Shown here: in pieces, positions 30,275-40,136 of the stretch
Numbering within the stretch: position 1 is the stretch's first letter
Layout: every line of letters starts with the position of its first letter
Assembly: GCA_049322575.1 (NCBI GenBank)
Contig: JBMORQ010000027.1
Span: 87,081 to 151,080 of the forward strand
Direction: 5' to 3'
From: Patescibacteria group bacterium
Lineage (GTDB): Bacteria; Patescibacteriota; Microgenomatia; UBA1400; PJMF01
Length of the DNA: 64,000 nucleotides
Notes under the pieces: model-generated
Seen by the model: only the letters and a program-made list of their open reading frames with translations
Databases searched by the model: none
What the model was told of the DNA's origin: nothing
Position numbers and translations under genes: made by a program

Positions 30275-31561
30275 ATGTCAAACTCTTCAACCACTCACAC
30301 AGCCATTCATCCAAGCAATCATTCCAACCCCGTTGCCGAATCGACCCAACCAATCACAAAGCATCACCTTGATACCAACCCCCAGATCATTAGCCAAGTC
30401 TTAACTCGTGGTGTAACCGAGGTTTTACCAGACAAAGAAAACTTAGCCAAACTCATGACTCAGCGTCCAATCAAGCTCTATCTAGGTATTGATCCAACAG
30501 GCTCAACATTACACCTTGGCCACGCTGTGGTTCTGCGTAAGCTTCAGCAGTTTGCTGATCTAGGCCATCACGTCATCCTCTTGATTGGCAGTGGCACGGT
30601 CAAGATTGGTGATCCGACTGGTCGCGATGCCAGCCGTCCCATGTTAACAGACGAACAAATCGAGACAAATTTTCAATCATGGCAAACTCAAGCCAGCAAG
30701 ATCATTGATTTTAGTAAGATCGAGATCTTGCGCAACGGTGACTGGTTAGACAAGCTTACCTTCCCCGAAATGGTTAAGCTCCTGGCTAAAACTACCATTC
30801 AGCAGCTCATGGAGCGTGACATGTTTCAAGAGCGTCTCAAGAATAATCTGCCAATTCACGGCCACGAATTAATTTATCCACTCATTCAAGGCTATGACTC
30901 TGTGGTGATGAACGTTGATCTGGAAATCGGTGGCAATGACCAAACTTTCAACATGATGATGGGTCGTAACTTGCAGAAAATTTACAACAACCATGAAAAA
31001 TGGGTTTTAACCACACCTCTCATAAATGGTACCGATGGTCGGAAGATGAGCAAAAGTTTCAATAATTTTGTCGGTTTGACCGAAAGTCCTAAGGACATTT
31101 ACGGCAAACTAATGCGCCTGGCTGACGAAATGATAGTTGAGTACTTCTCAATTCTAACCGATGTTCCCAACTTAGAAATTGAAGCCATGGAAACAGCGAT
31201 GAAAAGCGGCGCAAACCCAATGGAATTCAAAAAGAAGCTTGCTTTTACCATCACAGAGTGGCTATGTGGCACAGAACAAGCAGAGCAAGCCGAAGCAATG
31301 TTTGCTCAAACCTTCCAACAAAGACAAATCCCCATTGAGATACCCAAAATCCAAGTTGGAACAACTGAAGTCGTTTTCCAATTAGTCAAAAAATGTTTGG
31401 TTAACGAAAGTTCAAGCAACGTCCACCGGTTAATCGATCAAGGAGCTGTTCAACTATTACCTCAAGAACAAAAATTGACTGACCCTAACCAAATCATTAC
31501 TATCAAAAACCACCAGGTTGTTAAAATTGGCAAGAGAAACTTTTTTGAACTAATTCCATAG
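30275..31561 (+). CDS. tyrS: Tyrosine--tRNA ligase
   Basis: HIGH motif TLHLGH, KMSKS motif KMSKS, and a C-terminal S4-like domain. Confidence 0.85.
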   Translation: MSNSSTTHTAIHPSNHSNPVAESTQPITKHHLDTNPQIISQVLTRGVTEVLPDKENLAKLMTQRPIKLYLGIDPTGSTLHLGHAVVLRKLQQFADLGHHVILLIGSGTVKIGDPTGRDASRPMLTDEQIETNFQSWQTQASKIIDFSKIEILRNGDWLDKLTFPEMVKLLAKTTIQQLMERDMFQERLKNNLPIHGHELIYPLIQGYDSVVMNVDLEIGGNDQTFNMMMGRNLQKIYNNHEKWVLTTPLINGTDGRKMSKSFNNFVGLTESPKDIYGKLMRLADEMIVEYFSILTDVPNLEIEAMETAMKSGANPMEFKKKLAFTITEWLCGTEQAEQAEAMFAQTFQQRQIPIEIPKIQVGTTEVVFQLVKKCLVNESSSNVHRLIDQGAVQLLPQEQKLTDPNQIITIKNHQVVKIGKRNFFELIP

Positions 31562-31568
31562 GAGAAAT

Positions 31569-31664
31569 ATGACTAAGCGTCAACGCCAAATCGTGATTAA
31601 AGTTTTCGCTATAACTGCCATTCTTGGTATGGTTTTGGGCAGCATCATGAGTATATTCTTGTGA
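31569..31664 (+). CDS. Candidate small (31 aa) single-TM membrane protein
   Basis: ggaga SD-like sequence 4 nt upstream of the ATG. MTKRQRQIVIKVFAITAILGMVLGSIMSIFL. Not in the ORF track because it is shorter than 60 aa. Confidence 0.25.
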   Translation: MTKRQRQIVIKVFAITAILGMVLGSIMSIFL

Positions 31665-31695
31665 TCATAAAAATTACAAAGCATCAGCAGCAGAA

Positions 31696-33756
31696 ATGTA
31701 TCAATTTAATGACCCATTAATTAAGGTGAGGGGAATTGGCGCCAGTCTTGGTCAACAATTTGCTAACAATGGTCTCAATGATGTTAAGGATCTGCTTGGT
31801 TATCTTCCCATACGTTATGAGGACCTTTCCCAGCTTAAAAAAATTGCTCAACTAGAAACAAATCAGGCTGCAACCCTCACCGCTAAGGTCGTTTCTTCGA
31901 GTCTGCAGTACAAGGGTCGCAATTCCATTTTGCGAGCAAAAATTGCTGATGAATCAGGCCAACTCAGCTGCATCTGGTTTAACAACCCCCATCTAAAAGA
32001 CAAATTAGTAACAGGAAAGGAGCTACATTTTTCTGGCAAACTCAATGACAGGGGCTTTTTTGCTCAACCCAGGGTAGAGGAATGTGGTGGTCAAACCATC
32101 CACACTGGTCGACTCGTCCCCATCTATTCCACCAGGCTTGGCATACTTCAAGGCAAACTAAGACGTATCTTAAAAGAAATCATCGACAATCTTGAGGAAA
32201 GTCCTGATAGCAAACAAGAACCAATCAGTCAATTTACTGGCTTTCCACCAATTACCTGGAGTCTTCAACAGCTGCATTTTCCAGATTCGGTTGACAATAT
32301 TGAAAGGTCTCAACGTCGCTTAGCATTGGACGAGCTACTCTCGCTGATCACTAAGTCAAGGAAGATAAAAAACAGTTGGGATAAACTGCATCGGTCAAAA
32401 GCTATTTTAACTCAAGATATTCCAAATGATCTGCCCTTTGAACTAACCAGCGCTCAAAAAAAAGCAATTAGCCAGATTGAGGCCGACCTCAAACAAACAA
32501 CAGCCATGAATCGATTGTTAATTGGCGATGTCGGCTCAGGCAAGACGATTGTCGCTGGGATAGCCGCCAACGACGTGATCAAAAGTGGTGGCAACGTAGT
32601 TCTGATAGCCCCAACTCAAATCCTAGCCGAACAACATCAACAATCGCTGATGAATATTTTTCCTGATTTATCAATCAAATTACTGACAGCACAAAATTCA
32701 AAAAAATTTGCTCTTGAGAGTAAGGCTTGTTTCTACATCGGTACGCACGCACTACTCAACAAATTAACCAGCATCGAACCATGGCTGGTGATTTTTGACG
32801 AACAACACCGATTTGGCGTGATGCAGCGCTCAGTTGAAGAACCAAAACCTGAGGCAAACGCCAGTCAGCTTAGCTCAACATTAGCACTAGCAGACAACAA
32901 AAATCCATCATCATTTTCTCCTCATCTTCTGACTATGACCGCCACCCCCATACCCCGCAGCCTAATGTTAACCGTCTTCTCCCATCTTAAACTGAGTACA
33001 CTCGACGAACTACCGGTAGGACGAATTCCAGCAAAAACTTGGGTGGTACCAAATAAGAAACGAGATAATGCTTGGAAATGGCTAGCCCAAGAACTAATAA
33101 ATAGGAAACAACAGGGCATCGTGGTCTGTCCGTTTATCGACCCTTCATTTAAAGAATCGCTTGAGAATGTCGCTGCGGCTAGTGACATTTTCGAACAAAT
33201 AAAGTCACAGTTGTCTTTAATCCAGCCAAAATTGCGCCTTGCTCTGTTACACAGCAAACTACCAAACAAGAGTAAAGACAAAATCGTTACTGATCTGTTT
33301 GCACAAAAGATTGACCTGCTGATTACTACTCCGATTGTCGAGGTTGGTGTTGATCTGCCCAAAGCCAGCTTTATGGTAATAGAGTCAGCCGAGCGTTTTG
33401 GTATGGCCAGTTTACATCAATTGAGAGGGCGAGTCGGCCGAGCAGGACAAGAGAGTTTTTGTTTACTCTTTACTAATTCTTCCTCCAAAGAAACCCTTGC
33501 GCGGTTGAAGCTTTTTAGTGAAGAGACCAATGGTCAAAAACTGGCTGAGTACGACTTAAAGAACCGCGGAGCGGGAGATCTTTTTGGCACTGACCAGCAT
33601 GGCTTCGACAGCTTAAGATTTGCCAGCTGGACAGATTTTGAATTAATCAAAACTGCTCGTGATTTACATCAGCAAATTGAGGAAGAAAAAATTACTTGGC
33701 AACCATTTTTTGGTACCATAGAAACTACTGAGGAAAAAGCTGTCGCAGCCAATTAG
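31696..33756 (+). CDS. recG: ATP-dependent DNA helicase RecG
   Basis: Wedge/OB N-terminus. GDVGSGKTIVA, DEQHRFGV, QLRGRVGRAGQESFC. Confidence 0.9.
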   Translation: MYQFNDPLIKVRGIGASLGQQFANNGLNDVKDLLGYLPIRYEDLSQLKKIAQLETNQAATLTAKVVSSSLQYKGRNSILRAKIADESGQLSCIWFNNPHLKDKLVTGKELHFSGKLNDRGFFAQPRVEECGGQTIHTGRLVPIYSTRLGILQGKLRRILKEIIDNLEESPDSKQEPISQFTGFPPITWSLQQLHFPDSVDNIERSQRRLALDELLSLITKSRKIKNSWDKLHRSKAILTQDIPNDLPFELTSAQKKAISQIEADLKQTTAMNRLLIGDVGSGKTIVAGIAANDVIKSGGNVVLIAPTQILAEQHQQSLMNIFPDLSIKLLTAQNSKKFALESKACFYIGTHALLNKLTSIEPWLVIFDEQHRFGVMQRSVEEPKPEANASQLSSTLALADNKNPSSFSPHLLTMTATPIPRSLMLTVFSHLKLSTLDELPVGRIPAKTWVVPNKKRDNAWKWLAQELINRKQQGIVVCPFIDPSFKESLENVAAASDIFEQIKSQLSLIQPKLRLALLHSKLPNKSKDKIVTDLFAQKIDLLITTPIVEVGVDLPKASFMVIESAERFGMASLHQLRGRVGRAGQESFCLLFTNSSSKETLARLKLFSEETNGQKLAEYDLKNRGAGDLFGTDQHGFDSLRFASWTDFELIKTARDLHQQIEEEKITWQPFFGTIETTEEKAVAAN

Positions 33757-33804
33757 AAAAGACTTACTGATGAAATTTTAATTACCAAAAAAAAACTATT
33801 TGCC

Positions 33805-35244
33805 ATGATTAAAACCTACAAACAAGCAGAAAAATATCTAGAGAAATTCATCCCTTTCATCGTCAATCATAAAATTAACGAATCAAGCAAAGATGCTAAT
33901 TATTTACTTGAACGTATGAGATATCTGCTAAACTTGCTCGACAACCCTCAAAAAAAATTCCCTTCAGTCATCGTAAGTGGCACTTCCGGAAAAGGCTCAA
34001 CTAGCTACTTGATAGCTCAGATGTTGGCCACGGCTGGATACCGCACCGGACTAACAATTTCACCTCATCTACAAAAAGCTACCGAGAGAATCCAGATCAA
34101 CCAACAGTCGTCCAAACTATCACCAATTTCAGACGATGATTTTCTTGATCTTCTAAATCTGGTCGCTCCGGTGATAAAAAACATGGAAAAATCAATGTAT
34201 GGACCTCCTTCTTACTTTGAACTTCTCATGGCCCTGGCCTTGGAAACCTTTGCGCTTCGAAAAGTCGATATTGCTGTGGTTGAGGTTGGCATCGAGGGCA
34301 AGTATGATGCTACCAATATCATTGATCCCCTTATCTTCACTCTAACAAATATTTCCTTAGACCACACAGCAATTTTGGGTGAAACCGAAGAAGAAATTGC
34401 CGATGAAGCAACTTTTCGGCTTAACTACATAGATCAAAACACAAAAATGGTCACAACTGTGATATCTGGAGTCAAAAAGCCCACCGTGATAAAAATTCTT
34501 GATGAACGGTCAAAGAAACTTGGTATGCCCTTAAAATTACTGGGAAAAGATTATTCTTATGAGATTGAAAACAGCCAGTCCTTCCAGGGAGTGCGATTTT
34601 ACTTCAATTCTCTCAAAGACCGATTGATTGAAAATCGAGAAGTTTTTAGCCTAGCGTTGAAGGGCGAGTTCCAGGCGGAAAATGCCACTAACGCCATCGC
34701 AACTGTCAGGCAACTTGCAGACTATGGTTTTAGGGTAACCAACAAAGACATTAATCAAACCCTTCTGACTACAAAAATCCCAGGAAGATTTGAGTTAACG
34801 CCCTTATCTGTTTCAGGTTCGCCACTTGACCTAATCATGGATGGCGCTCATAACCCAGCTAAAATGCATGCTTTTTTACATTCACTTGGGAAAAACTATC
34901 CAAATCACCGCAAGATTTTTGTCGTAGCCTTCAAAAAAGGCAAGGACGCAGCCGATATGATCAGACAGTTATGCTCGGTGGCGGACGAAATCATTTTTAC
35001 CCAGTTCGTCTCTGCCATGGACTGGGGCAGAAATATGTCGATGACGCTGGCAGAAATCAAAAACCAGGTTGCTGCAGTCGATCACAAAGAGATCAAGATC
35101 AGTTATCGCCTCAACGTTAAGAAGGCATTCTCGTTCGCTACCCAAGCCGCCGAAAAAAGACAGGAGGCAAACCGCCCGAGCATAATCATTGCCACCGGTT
35201 CCTTGTATCTGGTAGGAGAAGTTAGAGAATACTTAAATTTGTGA
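33805..35244 (+). CDS. folC: Folylpolyglutamate synthase / dihydrofolate synthase (Mur-ligase family)
   Basis: P-loop VSGTSGKGSTSYL and a Mur ligase central and C-terminal domain pattern. The TGA stop overlaps the GTG start of the next gene. Confidence 0.7.
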   Translation: MIKTYKQAEKYLEKFIPFIVNHKINESSKDANYLLERMRYLLNLLDNPQKKFPSVIVSGTSGKGSTSYLIAQMLATAGYRTGLTISPHLQKATERIQINQQSSKLSPISDDDFLDLLNLVAPVIKNMEKSMYGPPSYFELLMALALETFALRKVDIAVVEVGIEGKYDATNIIDPLIFTLTNISLDHTAILGETEEEIADEATFRLNYIDQNTKMVTTVISGVKKPTVIKILDERSKKLGMPLKLLGKDYSYEIENSQSFQGVRFYFNSLKDRLIENREVFSLALKGEFQAENATNAIATVRQLADYGFRVTNKDINQTLLTTKIPGRFELTPLSVSGSPLDLIMDGAHNPAKMHAFLHSLGKNYPNHRKIFVVAFKKGKDAADMIRQLCSVADEIIFTQFVSAMDWGRNMSMTLAEIKNQVAAVDHKEIKISYRLNVKKAFSFATQAAEKRQEANRPSIIIATGSLYLVGEVREYLNL

Positions 35245-36122
35245 AGCCAAAGATACCGGAGTCACAAATAAAAATACATTCCAACCTTGCTCAACGCCAC
35301 AGAAAGCTCTATTATTATTTCGTGCACAAAAAACATGCCCAATCTGGACAAATTGGTTTGGTTGTCTTGCTGGTGATGGTCGTTATCTTGACAGTGGGCT
35401 TGTCAATGGCTTCCAGAACAACCCAACAGGCTGAGACTTCCATCCAGCAAGAAACTGCCACCAGAGTCTTTAATGCTGCTGAGTACGGCATAGAAGAAGC
35501 CCTATCTCGCATCTATGAAGCCGAAGAAGCTGGACAAACCGTCAACGACTCGACTTTCAATTTATCGTTGGAAAATAGTCTCTCTAACATTGCCGCAACA
35601 ATTGACTCCGACTCAGAACTTGAAATTCATCTAGAGGAAGGAGCAACATCGGAGATCAACCTCTCGGGAAACGCTGGTAGCTTGACAATCTACTGGTCAC
35701 GATCTGGAACAACCGGTTGTACCTTGCTCAGCAATACAGCAGCCCTACTTTTGTCAGTTTATTCAGACAATTCAGGAACTATTACCGCCCAGCATTATGC
35801 AGTTGACGGTTGCAACACTGCTCGAGGAAACAGCTTCCAGAATCCGGTCGGTTCAGCCTCGTTAGCTAACTATGTTTTTAGCCATCGACTAGACCTCGCA
35901 GCCAATAGCGTTCAACTGAGAATCAGACCTCTTTACGCTGGAACAGATATTGTTGTCCAAGGAATACCAATTTCAAGAGCTCAATACAATATTGTCTCCC
36001 GTGCTCAAAGTAGCCAAGGAGATAACGAGACTAAAGCTATTGAAGTCAGGAGAACATTACCCTCCGCGCCTTCGTTTATGGACTATGCCTTAGTCAGCGG
36101 AACCAGTATAAGTAAGGAATAA
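35241..36122 (+). CDS. PilX-like pilus assembly protein / minor pseudopilin-like protein with an N-terminal TM anchor (GTG start)
   Basis: N-terminal QSGQIGLVVLLVMVVILTVGLSMASRT resembles the PilX_N domain. First gene of the pilX-pilM-pilN-pilO block. Confidence 0.5.
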   Translation: MKPKIPESQIKIHSNLAQRHRKLYYYFVHKKHAQSGQIGLVVLLVMVVILTVGLSMASRTTQQAETSIQQETATRVFNAAEYGIEEALSRIYEAEEAGQTVNDSTFNLSLENSLSNIAATIDSDSELEIHLEEGATSEINLSGNAGSLTIYWSRSGTTGCTLLSNTAALLLSVYSDNSGTITAQHYAVDGCNTARGNSFQNPVGSASLANYVFSHRLDLAANSVQLRIRPLYAGTDIVVQGIPISRAQYNIVSRAQSSQGDNETKAIEVRRTLPSAPSFMDYALVSGTSISKE

Positions 36123-36138
36123 ACAAGAAAAAACCACT

Positions 36139-37146
36139 ATGCCTGCCCTAGCCATCGACATCGGTACTTACAGTGTAAAAGCAGTTGCTGGTAAACCTGG
36201 CAAGAATCCCATAATCTCTCGATCGATTGAGTCCTTCAATAAGCTAGGTATTGCCGTGCCAACCGATGATGCTCACATGGAATCGATGATCGAGATGATT
36301 GGCAATATGGTTAGTGATAATAAACTAGTTTTAAACGATGTGCGACTGAGTCTACCAGAAAGCGTTGTCTCGACTAAACTCATCTCGATTCCCAACTTAT
36401 CAGACGCTGAACTTGCCTCAGCTATTGACTGGCAAGCAGAACAACACATCCCAATTCCTAAAGAGGAACTGGCTCTGGAATATAAGGTCATTTTCCGCCC
36501 AGCCAGACAGGATAAACAAACACCAATGCGTGTGTTGCTAGTTGGTACCAGAAAAACCGTGGTTGAAAGATACACTGAGTTGTTCATCAACCTTGGCGTA
36601 GAACCAACAATTTTAGAAACTCAGACACTCTCTTTACTACGCAACCTGCAAATGACCCCGGAAGAACCCACCACCTTGGTTGCTCACCTTGGAGCTTCCA
36701 CCATGAACATGGCAATTTTCCATCAAGGAGAACTACAATTTGTCTCAACCTACCCAGCCGGTGGTCACCTCTTGACTAAGGCACTGCAACAAATTATCGG
36801 TCTCGATATCGAACAAGCTGAAGAATACAAACGCAGCTACGGTTTAAATCCAGACCAATTCGAGGGCAAGGTCAGAAATGCATTGTTACCAACAACCCAA
36901 AGTTTTATTGGCGAGATGCAAAAAGCGACCAACTATTTTTCCACACAAAGACCAAAAGAAGCAGTGCGGAGAATTGTAATGTCTGGTGGTACTTCCCAAT
37001 TACCCGGCCTTGTCGAGCACGTAGCTTCAACATTTGGCCTAGAGGTGCTCCTGGCAGCCCCGTTTGCCTCAGCTAAAGGAGAAGTGCCAACTAGTAATCA
37101 GCAAGCCATGGCCGTCTGCATGGGCTTGATAATGAGAGAGAACTAG
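36139..37146 (+). CDS. pilM: Type IV pilus assembly protein PilM (actin-like ATPase fold)
   Basis: LAIDIGTYSVKAVAG N-terminus. Followed by PilN- and PilO-like genes. Confidence 0.85.
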   Translation: MPALAIDIGTYSVKAVAGKPGKNPIISRSIESFNKLGIAVPTDDAHMESMIEMIGNMVSDNKLVLNDVRLSLPESVVSTKLISIPNLSDAELASAIDWQAEQHIPIPKEELALEYKVIFRPARQDKQTPMRVLLVGTRKTVVERYTELFINLGVEPTILETQTLSLLRNLQMTPEEPTTLVAHLGASTMNMAIFHQGELQFVSTYPAGGHLLTKALQQIIGLDIEQAEEYKRSYGLNPDQFEGKVRNALLPTTQSFIGEMQKATNYFSTQRPKEAVRRIVMSGGTSQLPGLVEHVASTFGLEVLLAAPFASAKGEVPTSNQQAMAVCMGLIMREN

Positions 37147-37197
37147 GCGCCACCGCAGACCATAGACACAGCCAACATTGGTTTACAGAACATCAAT

Positions 37198-37782
37198 ATG
37201 CAAGAGATTAACTTCGTCAGCAAACGCCGACGAGCCTTAACCAAGATCGAAAAGAAAGACCATAAGCTCAATGATATTGCCATGGTCTTTTTCTCGATCT
37301 GTTTGGGCATCTTCATCGTCCTGATGGTGATTAGAGCTTTCTTTGCCTTTCAGTTGAACAAAACAGCCCAAAAACAGAAAGAAATCCGTCAAACCATCGC
37401 TCAAGGCGAGGATGTTGAAGTGGCTTTCTTAATTTTCGCCAACAAGCTCAAGGCAATTGAGGAAATTTTCAGCAATAGGAGCGACAAGCAGAGAGCAATC
37501 GATTTTTTCTCTACTTTGTTCGGTTCTGATGTATTCATCGGAGCTATGAACTTCAAAGAAGGCGCCGAGGTACTTTCATTGCAATACAATAGTAAGAATA
37601 TTTTTAGTCTAGAGGAGATTTTTACTATACTCGAATCGGAACAAGTACAAAATACTTTTTCCTCAGTAAATAAGAGCAACTTGTCGAGAAAAGATGATGG
37701 CGAGTACTCGTTCACAATCACTGTGGCGCTCAAGAAGGAGGGTCAACCGCTGGCCACCTCAAGCGCCCTGATAAAAAAGTAA
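37198..37782 (+). CDS. pilN: Type IV pilus assembly protein PilN-like (single N-terminal TM plus coiled coil)
   Basis: Position after pilM, a topology of short cytoplasmic N-terminus then TM then periplasmic domain, and the size (194 aa). Confidence 0.6.
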   Translation: MQEINFVSKRRRALTKIEKKDHKLNDIAMVFFSICLGIFIVLMVIRAFFAFQLNKTAQKQKEIRQTIAQGEDVEVAFLIFANKLKAIEEIFSNRSDKQRAIDFFSTLFGSDVFIGAMNFKEGAEVLSLQYNSKNIFSLEEIFTILESEQVQNTFSSVNKSNLSRKDDGEYSFTITVALKKEGQPLATSSALIKK

Positions 37783-37784
37783 AG

Positions 37785-38558
37785 ATGTTTGTAAAAGAGA
37801 AAAAATTTAACTGGCGTTTGTTTATCACCACGAGAAAAAGTTTCTTGATGGCAATGGCTTTTTTTGCTAGCGGGGCTGCGATTCTATTTTTTGCGGCTTA
37901 TCCCCAAATTGGCGAGATAACTGCAAATTATCGCAAGCTACAGAAAGAAAACAGCTATTTGGACAAACTCACCAAGAAGGCGGTTGAACTTGAACAAGTT
38001 AAAACTATGCCAGAGTTCATGCAAGCGGAAAAAGTCAGCGAAGTCTTGCCGTCTCATAAACCCTTACTCGAAGTTTTAACGCAACTTAACCAAGCAGCTC
38101 AGACCAATCAAGTTATCATCTCTGAGCTTAAGGTTTCTCCAGGGGAAATTGCTACCGACAGCACTCAAATAGACAACAAAAGCAAATCAGGCAAAACATA
38201 TAACATCTTAGATCTCGAGCTGGTTGCGGTCGGTCAACTCGAGAACGTCGAGAAATTCATGTCAACAATCGAGAAATTTTCTCCCATTACGACCATCACT
38301 GACCTCTCACTCTCGAGATCAATTATTGCACGTTCTGGTGCGGTCCAAACCAAGGCCGAACTTAAAATTAGTTCGCATTTCTTCACTCAATCAATCTCAA
38401 CTACAATTGAAAACCCTTTACCCAAGATAGGCCAAAAAGAAGGTGAGACCTTTCTTAAGATCCAGGAATATACTCCGCCTGAAATTGAAAAACAGACCGA
38501 AATTATGGGTGGAGAAGAGGGCTTCTTTGACGTGGGCAAAATTGAGGTTGACAACTAA
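37785..38558 (+). CDS. pilO: Type IV pilus assembly protein PilO-like
   Basis: Single TM (FLMAMAFFASGAAILFFAAY), a coiled-coil segment, and the position after pilN. Confidence 0.55.
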   Translation: MFVKEKKFNWRLFITTRKSFLMAMAFFASGAAILFFAAYPQIGEITANYRKLQKENSYLDKLTKKAVELEQVKTMPEFMQAEKVSEVLPSHKPLLEVLTQLNQAAQTNQVIISELKVSPGEIATDSTQIDNKSKSGKTYNILDLELVAVGQLENVEKFMSTIEKFSPITTITDLSLSRSIIARSGAVQTKAELKISSHFFTQSISTTIENPLPKIGQKEGETFLKIQEYTPPEIEKQTEIMGGEEGFFDVGKIEVDN

Positions 38559-38640
38559 CTCATATCGCGCAAGGTTAAATTTTCCCGTGAAAATTAGATT
38601 TTCAACAAACTGGGTTTTTAGCCAAGTAGCAACATGACAG

Positions 38641-38713
38641 TTTTAGCGTGAAAACAACCGTAATGTACTAAAAAGCAGTTTTGTAATAAAAATGTGATTT
38701 CGCTACAAGTCTA
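38641..38713. repeat. 5'-truncated copy D of the MITE-like repeat (right TIR present)
   Basis: ...gtactaaaaagcagttttgtaataaaaatgtgatttcgctacaagtcta, sitting between the convergent pilO and KH-protein genes. Confidence 0.6.
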
Positions 38714-38728
38714 ATAGAGACTACAAAC

Positions 38729-38959
38729 TTATTCTTCCACAACCAAACGACCCCTAATGCCATCCTTGATCATCTTGACCTGAATGATCTTTCTTAGGGC
38801 CTTGATGACTCTACCACCACGACCAATCACGCGACCCATATCCTCAGGATTAACCTTGACTGAATAGGTATGACCTTCCTCATCTTGAGTTTCGGTCACC
38901 ACTACATCTTCAGGGTGGGAGACTAAATGAACCAGCAGGAATTCGATTAAAGTTTTCAT
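38729..38959 (-). CDS. KH-domain RNA-binding protein (YlqC/UPF0109 family)
   Basis: GRVIGRGGRVIKALR (GXXG KH loop). Located downstream of rpsP, as in many bacteria. Confidence 0.8.
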   Translation of the reverse strand: MKTLIEFLLVHLVSHPEDVVVTETQDEEGHTYSVKVNPEDMGRVIGRGGRVIKALRKIIQVKMIKDGIRGRLVVEE

Positions 38960-38960
38960 T

Positions 38961-39395
38961 TTACTCTTGAGAGGTTTCAGTAGCTTCTGATTTAGTTTCA
39001 GCTTCGGCTGTCACAGCTGGAGCTTCGGCTTCGGCGGTGGATGATTCTGCGGCTGGCTCGGCAGCGGCCTGTTTCTCTTCAGCCTCAGCTTGCTTGGCGG
39101 CTTCTAATTTGGCCTTAGCCTTTTTAGAAAGCTTAGCCTTTTTGGCGGCAAATGGCTTACCGGATTTATATCTCTCAGCCAAAGAGGCGACTGTCTCGGT
39201 GGGAACGGCACCCTTCTTCACCCAAGCGTCGTACTCTTCCATCTTGAAGGTCAAGACCTTAGGCTGGCTTGTTGGACTATATCGACCAACTAAAGCAACA
39301 TACTTACCATCACGTTTGTCTTTGGCCTCATTAACCACGATACGATACTCGGGTTGATGAGTTTTGCCATAGCGAGCTAATTTGATTTTCAACAT
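38961..39395 (-). CDS. rpsP: 30S ribosomal protein S16 with an Ala/Glu/Lys-rich C-terminal tail
   Basis: MLKIKLARYGKTHQPEYRIVV. Confidence 0.9.
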   Translation of the reverse strand: MLKIKLARYGKTHQPEYRIVVNEAKDKRDGKYVALVGRYSPTSQPKVLTFKMEEYDAWVKKGAVPTETVASLAERYKSGKPFAAKKAKLSKKAKAKLEAAKQAEAEEKQAAAEPAAESSTAEAEAPAVTAEAETKSEATETSQE

Positions 39396-39467
39396 AGGCG
39401 TAGATTGTAAACTGAAGTTTACTTTTTCTCAAGCGGAAAACTCAAAAAAAGATAAAGGCAAAAAAGG

Positions 39468-40136
39468 CTAATTTTCGTACTTTTCTAAAGCCTTGGCTGC
39501 TGCCACCTGCTGAGCTGCTTGTTTGCTTTTGCCTGTGCCCAGACCAGCCACCTGCCCATCGATTATGACTTCAACGGTGAACTCCTTCTCGTGATCGGGT
39601 CCAACCTCCTTAACTACGTTATAAGTTGGGGTTGTTAAACCCCGAGCCTGGACCTCTTCTTGTAACAAACTCTTGCTGTCCTTATAGAGGCGTTTTTGCT
39701 TGATCTCCTCAAATTTGGGAAAGAGATGCTGGTCGAGAAACACCTCAACTACGTCTAAACCCTGGTCAAGATAAATCGCCCCGATCACCGCCTCAAGCGC
39801 ATCGGCCAACAACCCCTCGTTTTCTCGGCCACCGGTGGCTTCTTCGCCATGACTCATAAAAAGCTTCTGACCCAGCCCCAAGTCTCGGGCCACCTCAGCC
39901 AAAGTTGTCGTCTTGACTAATGCACTGCGATAGGACGTCAAGACACCTTCTTGCTCACTGGGAAAAAGATGATAAAGATACTTTGTGGTTACTAACTCTA
40001 AGACTGCGTCACCCAAAAACTCCAGGCGCTCATTTGACTCGTGCGAGGTGGTACCAGAATCTGGTTCGTTAAGAGAACTACGATGAGATAGGGCAGTGTC
40101 GAGCAGCTTTGGGTTGTTAAAAGACGGCAGCATCAA
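39468..40136 (-). CDS. rnc: Ribonuclease III
   Basis: RNase III signature ERLEFLGDAVLEL and a C-terminal dsRBD (GxGxSKxxAxxxAA). Confidence 0.9.
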   Translation of the reverse strand: MMLPSFNNPKLLDTALSHRSSLNEPDSGTTSHESNERLEFLGDAVLELVTTKYLYHLFPSEQEGVLTSYRSALVKTTTLAEVARDLGLGQKLFMSHGEEATGGRENEGLLADALEAVIGAIYLDQGLDVVEVFLDQHLFPKFEEIKQKRLYKDSKSLLQEEVQARGLTTPTYNVVKEVGPDHEKEFTVEVIIDGQVAGLGTGKSKQAAQQVAAAKALEKYEN

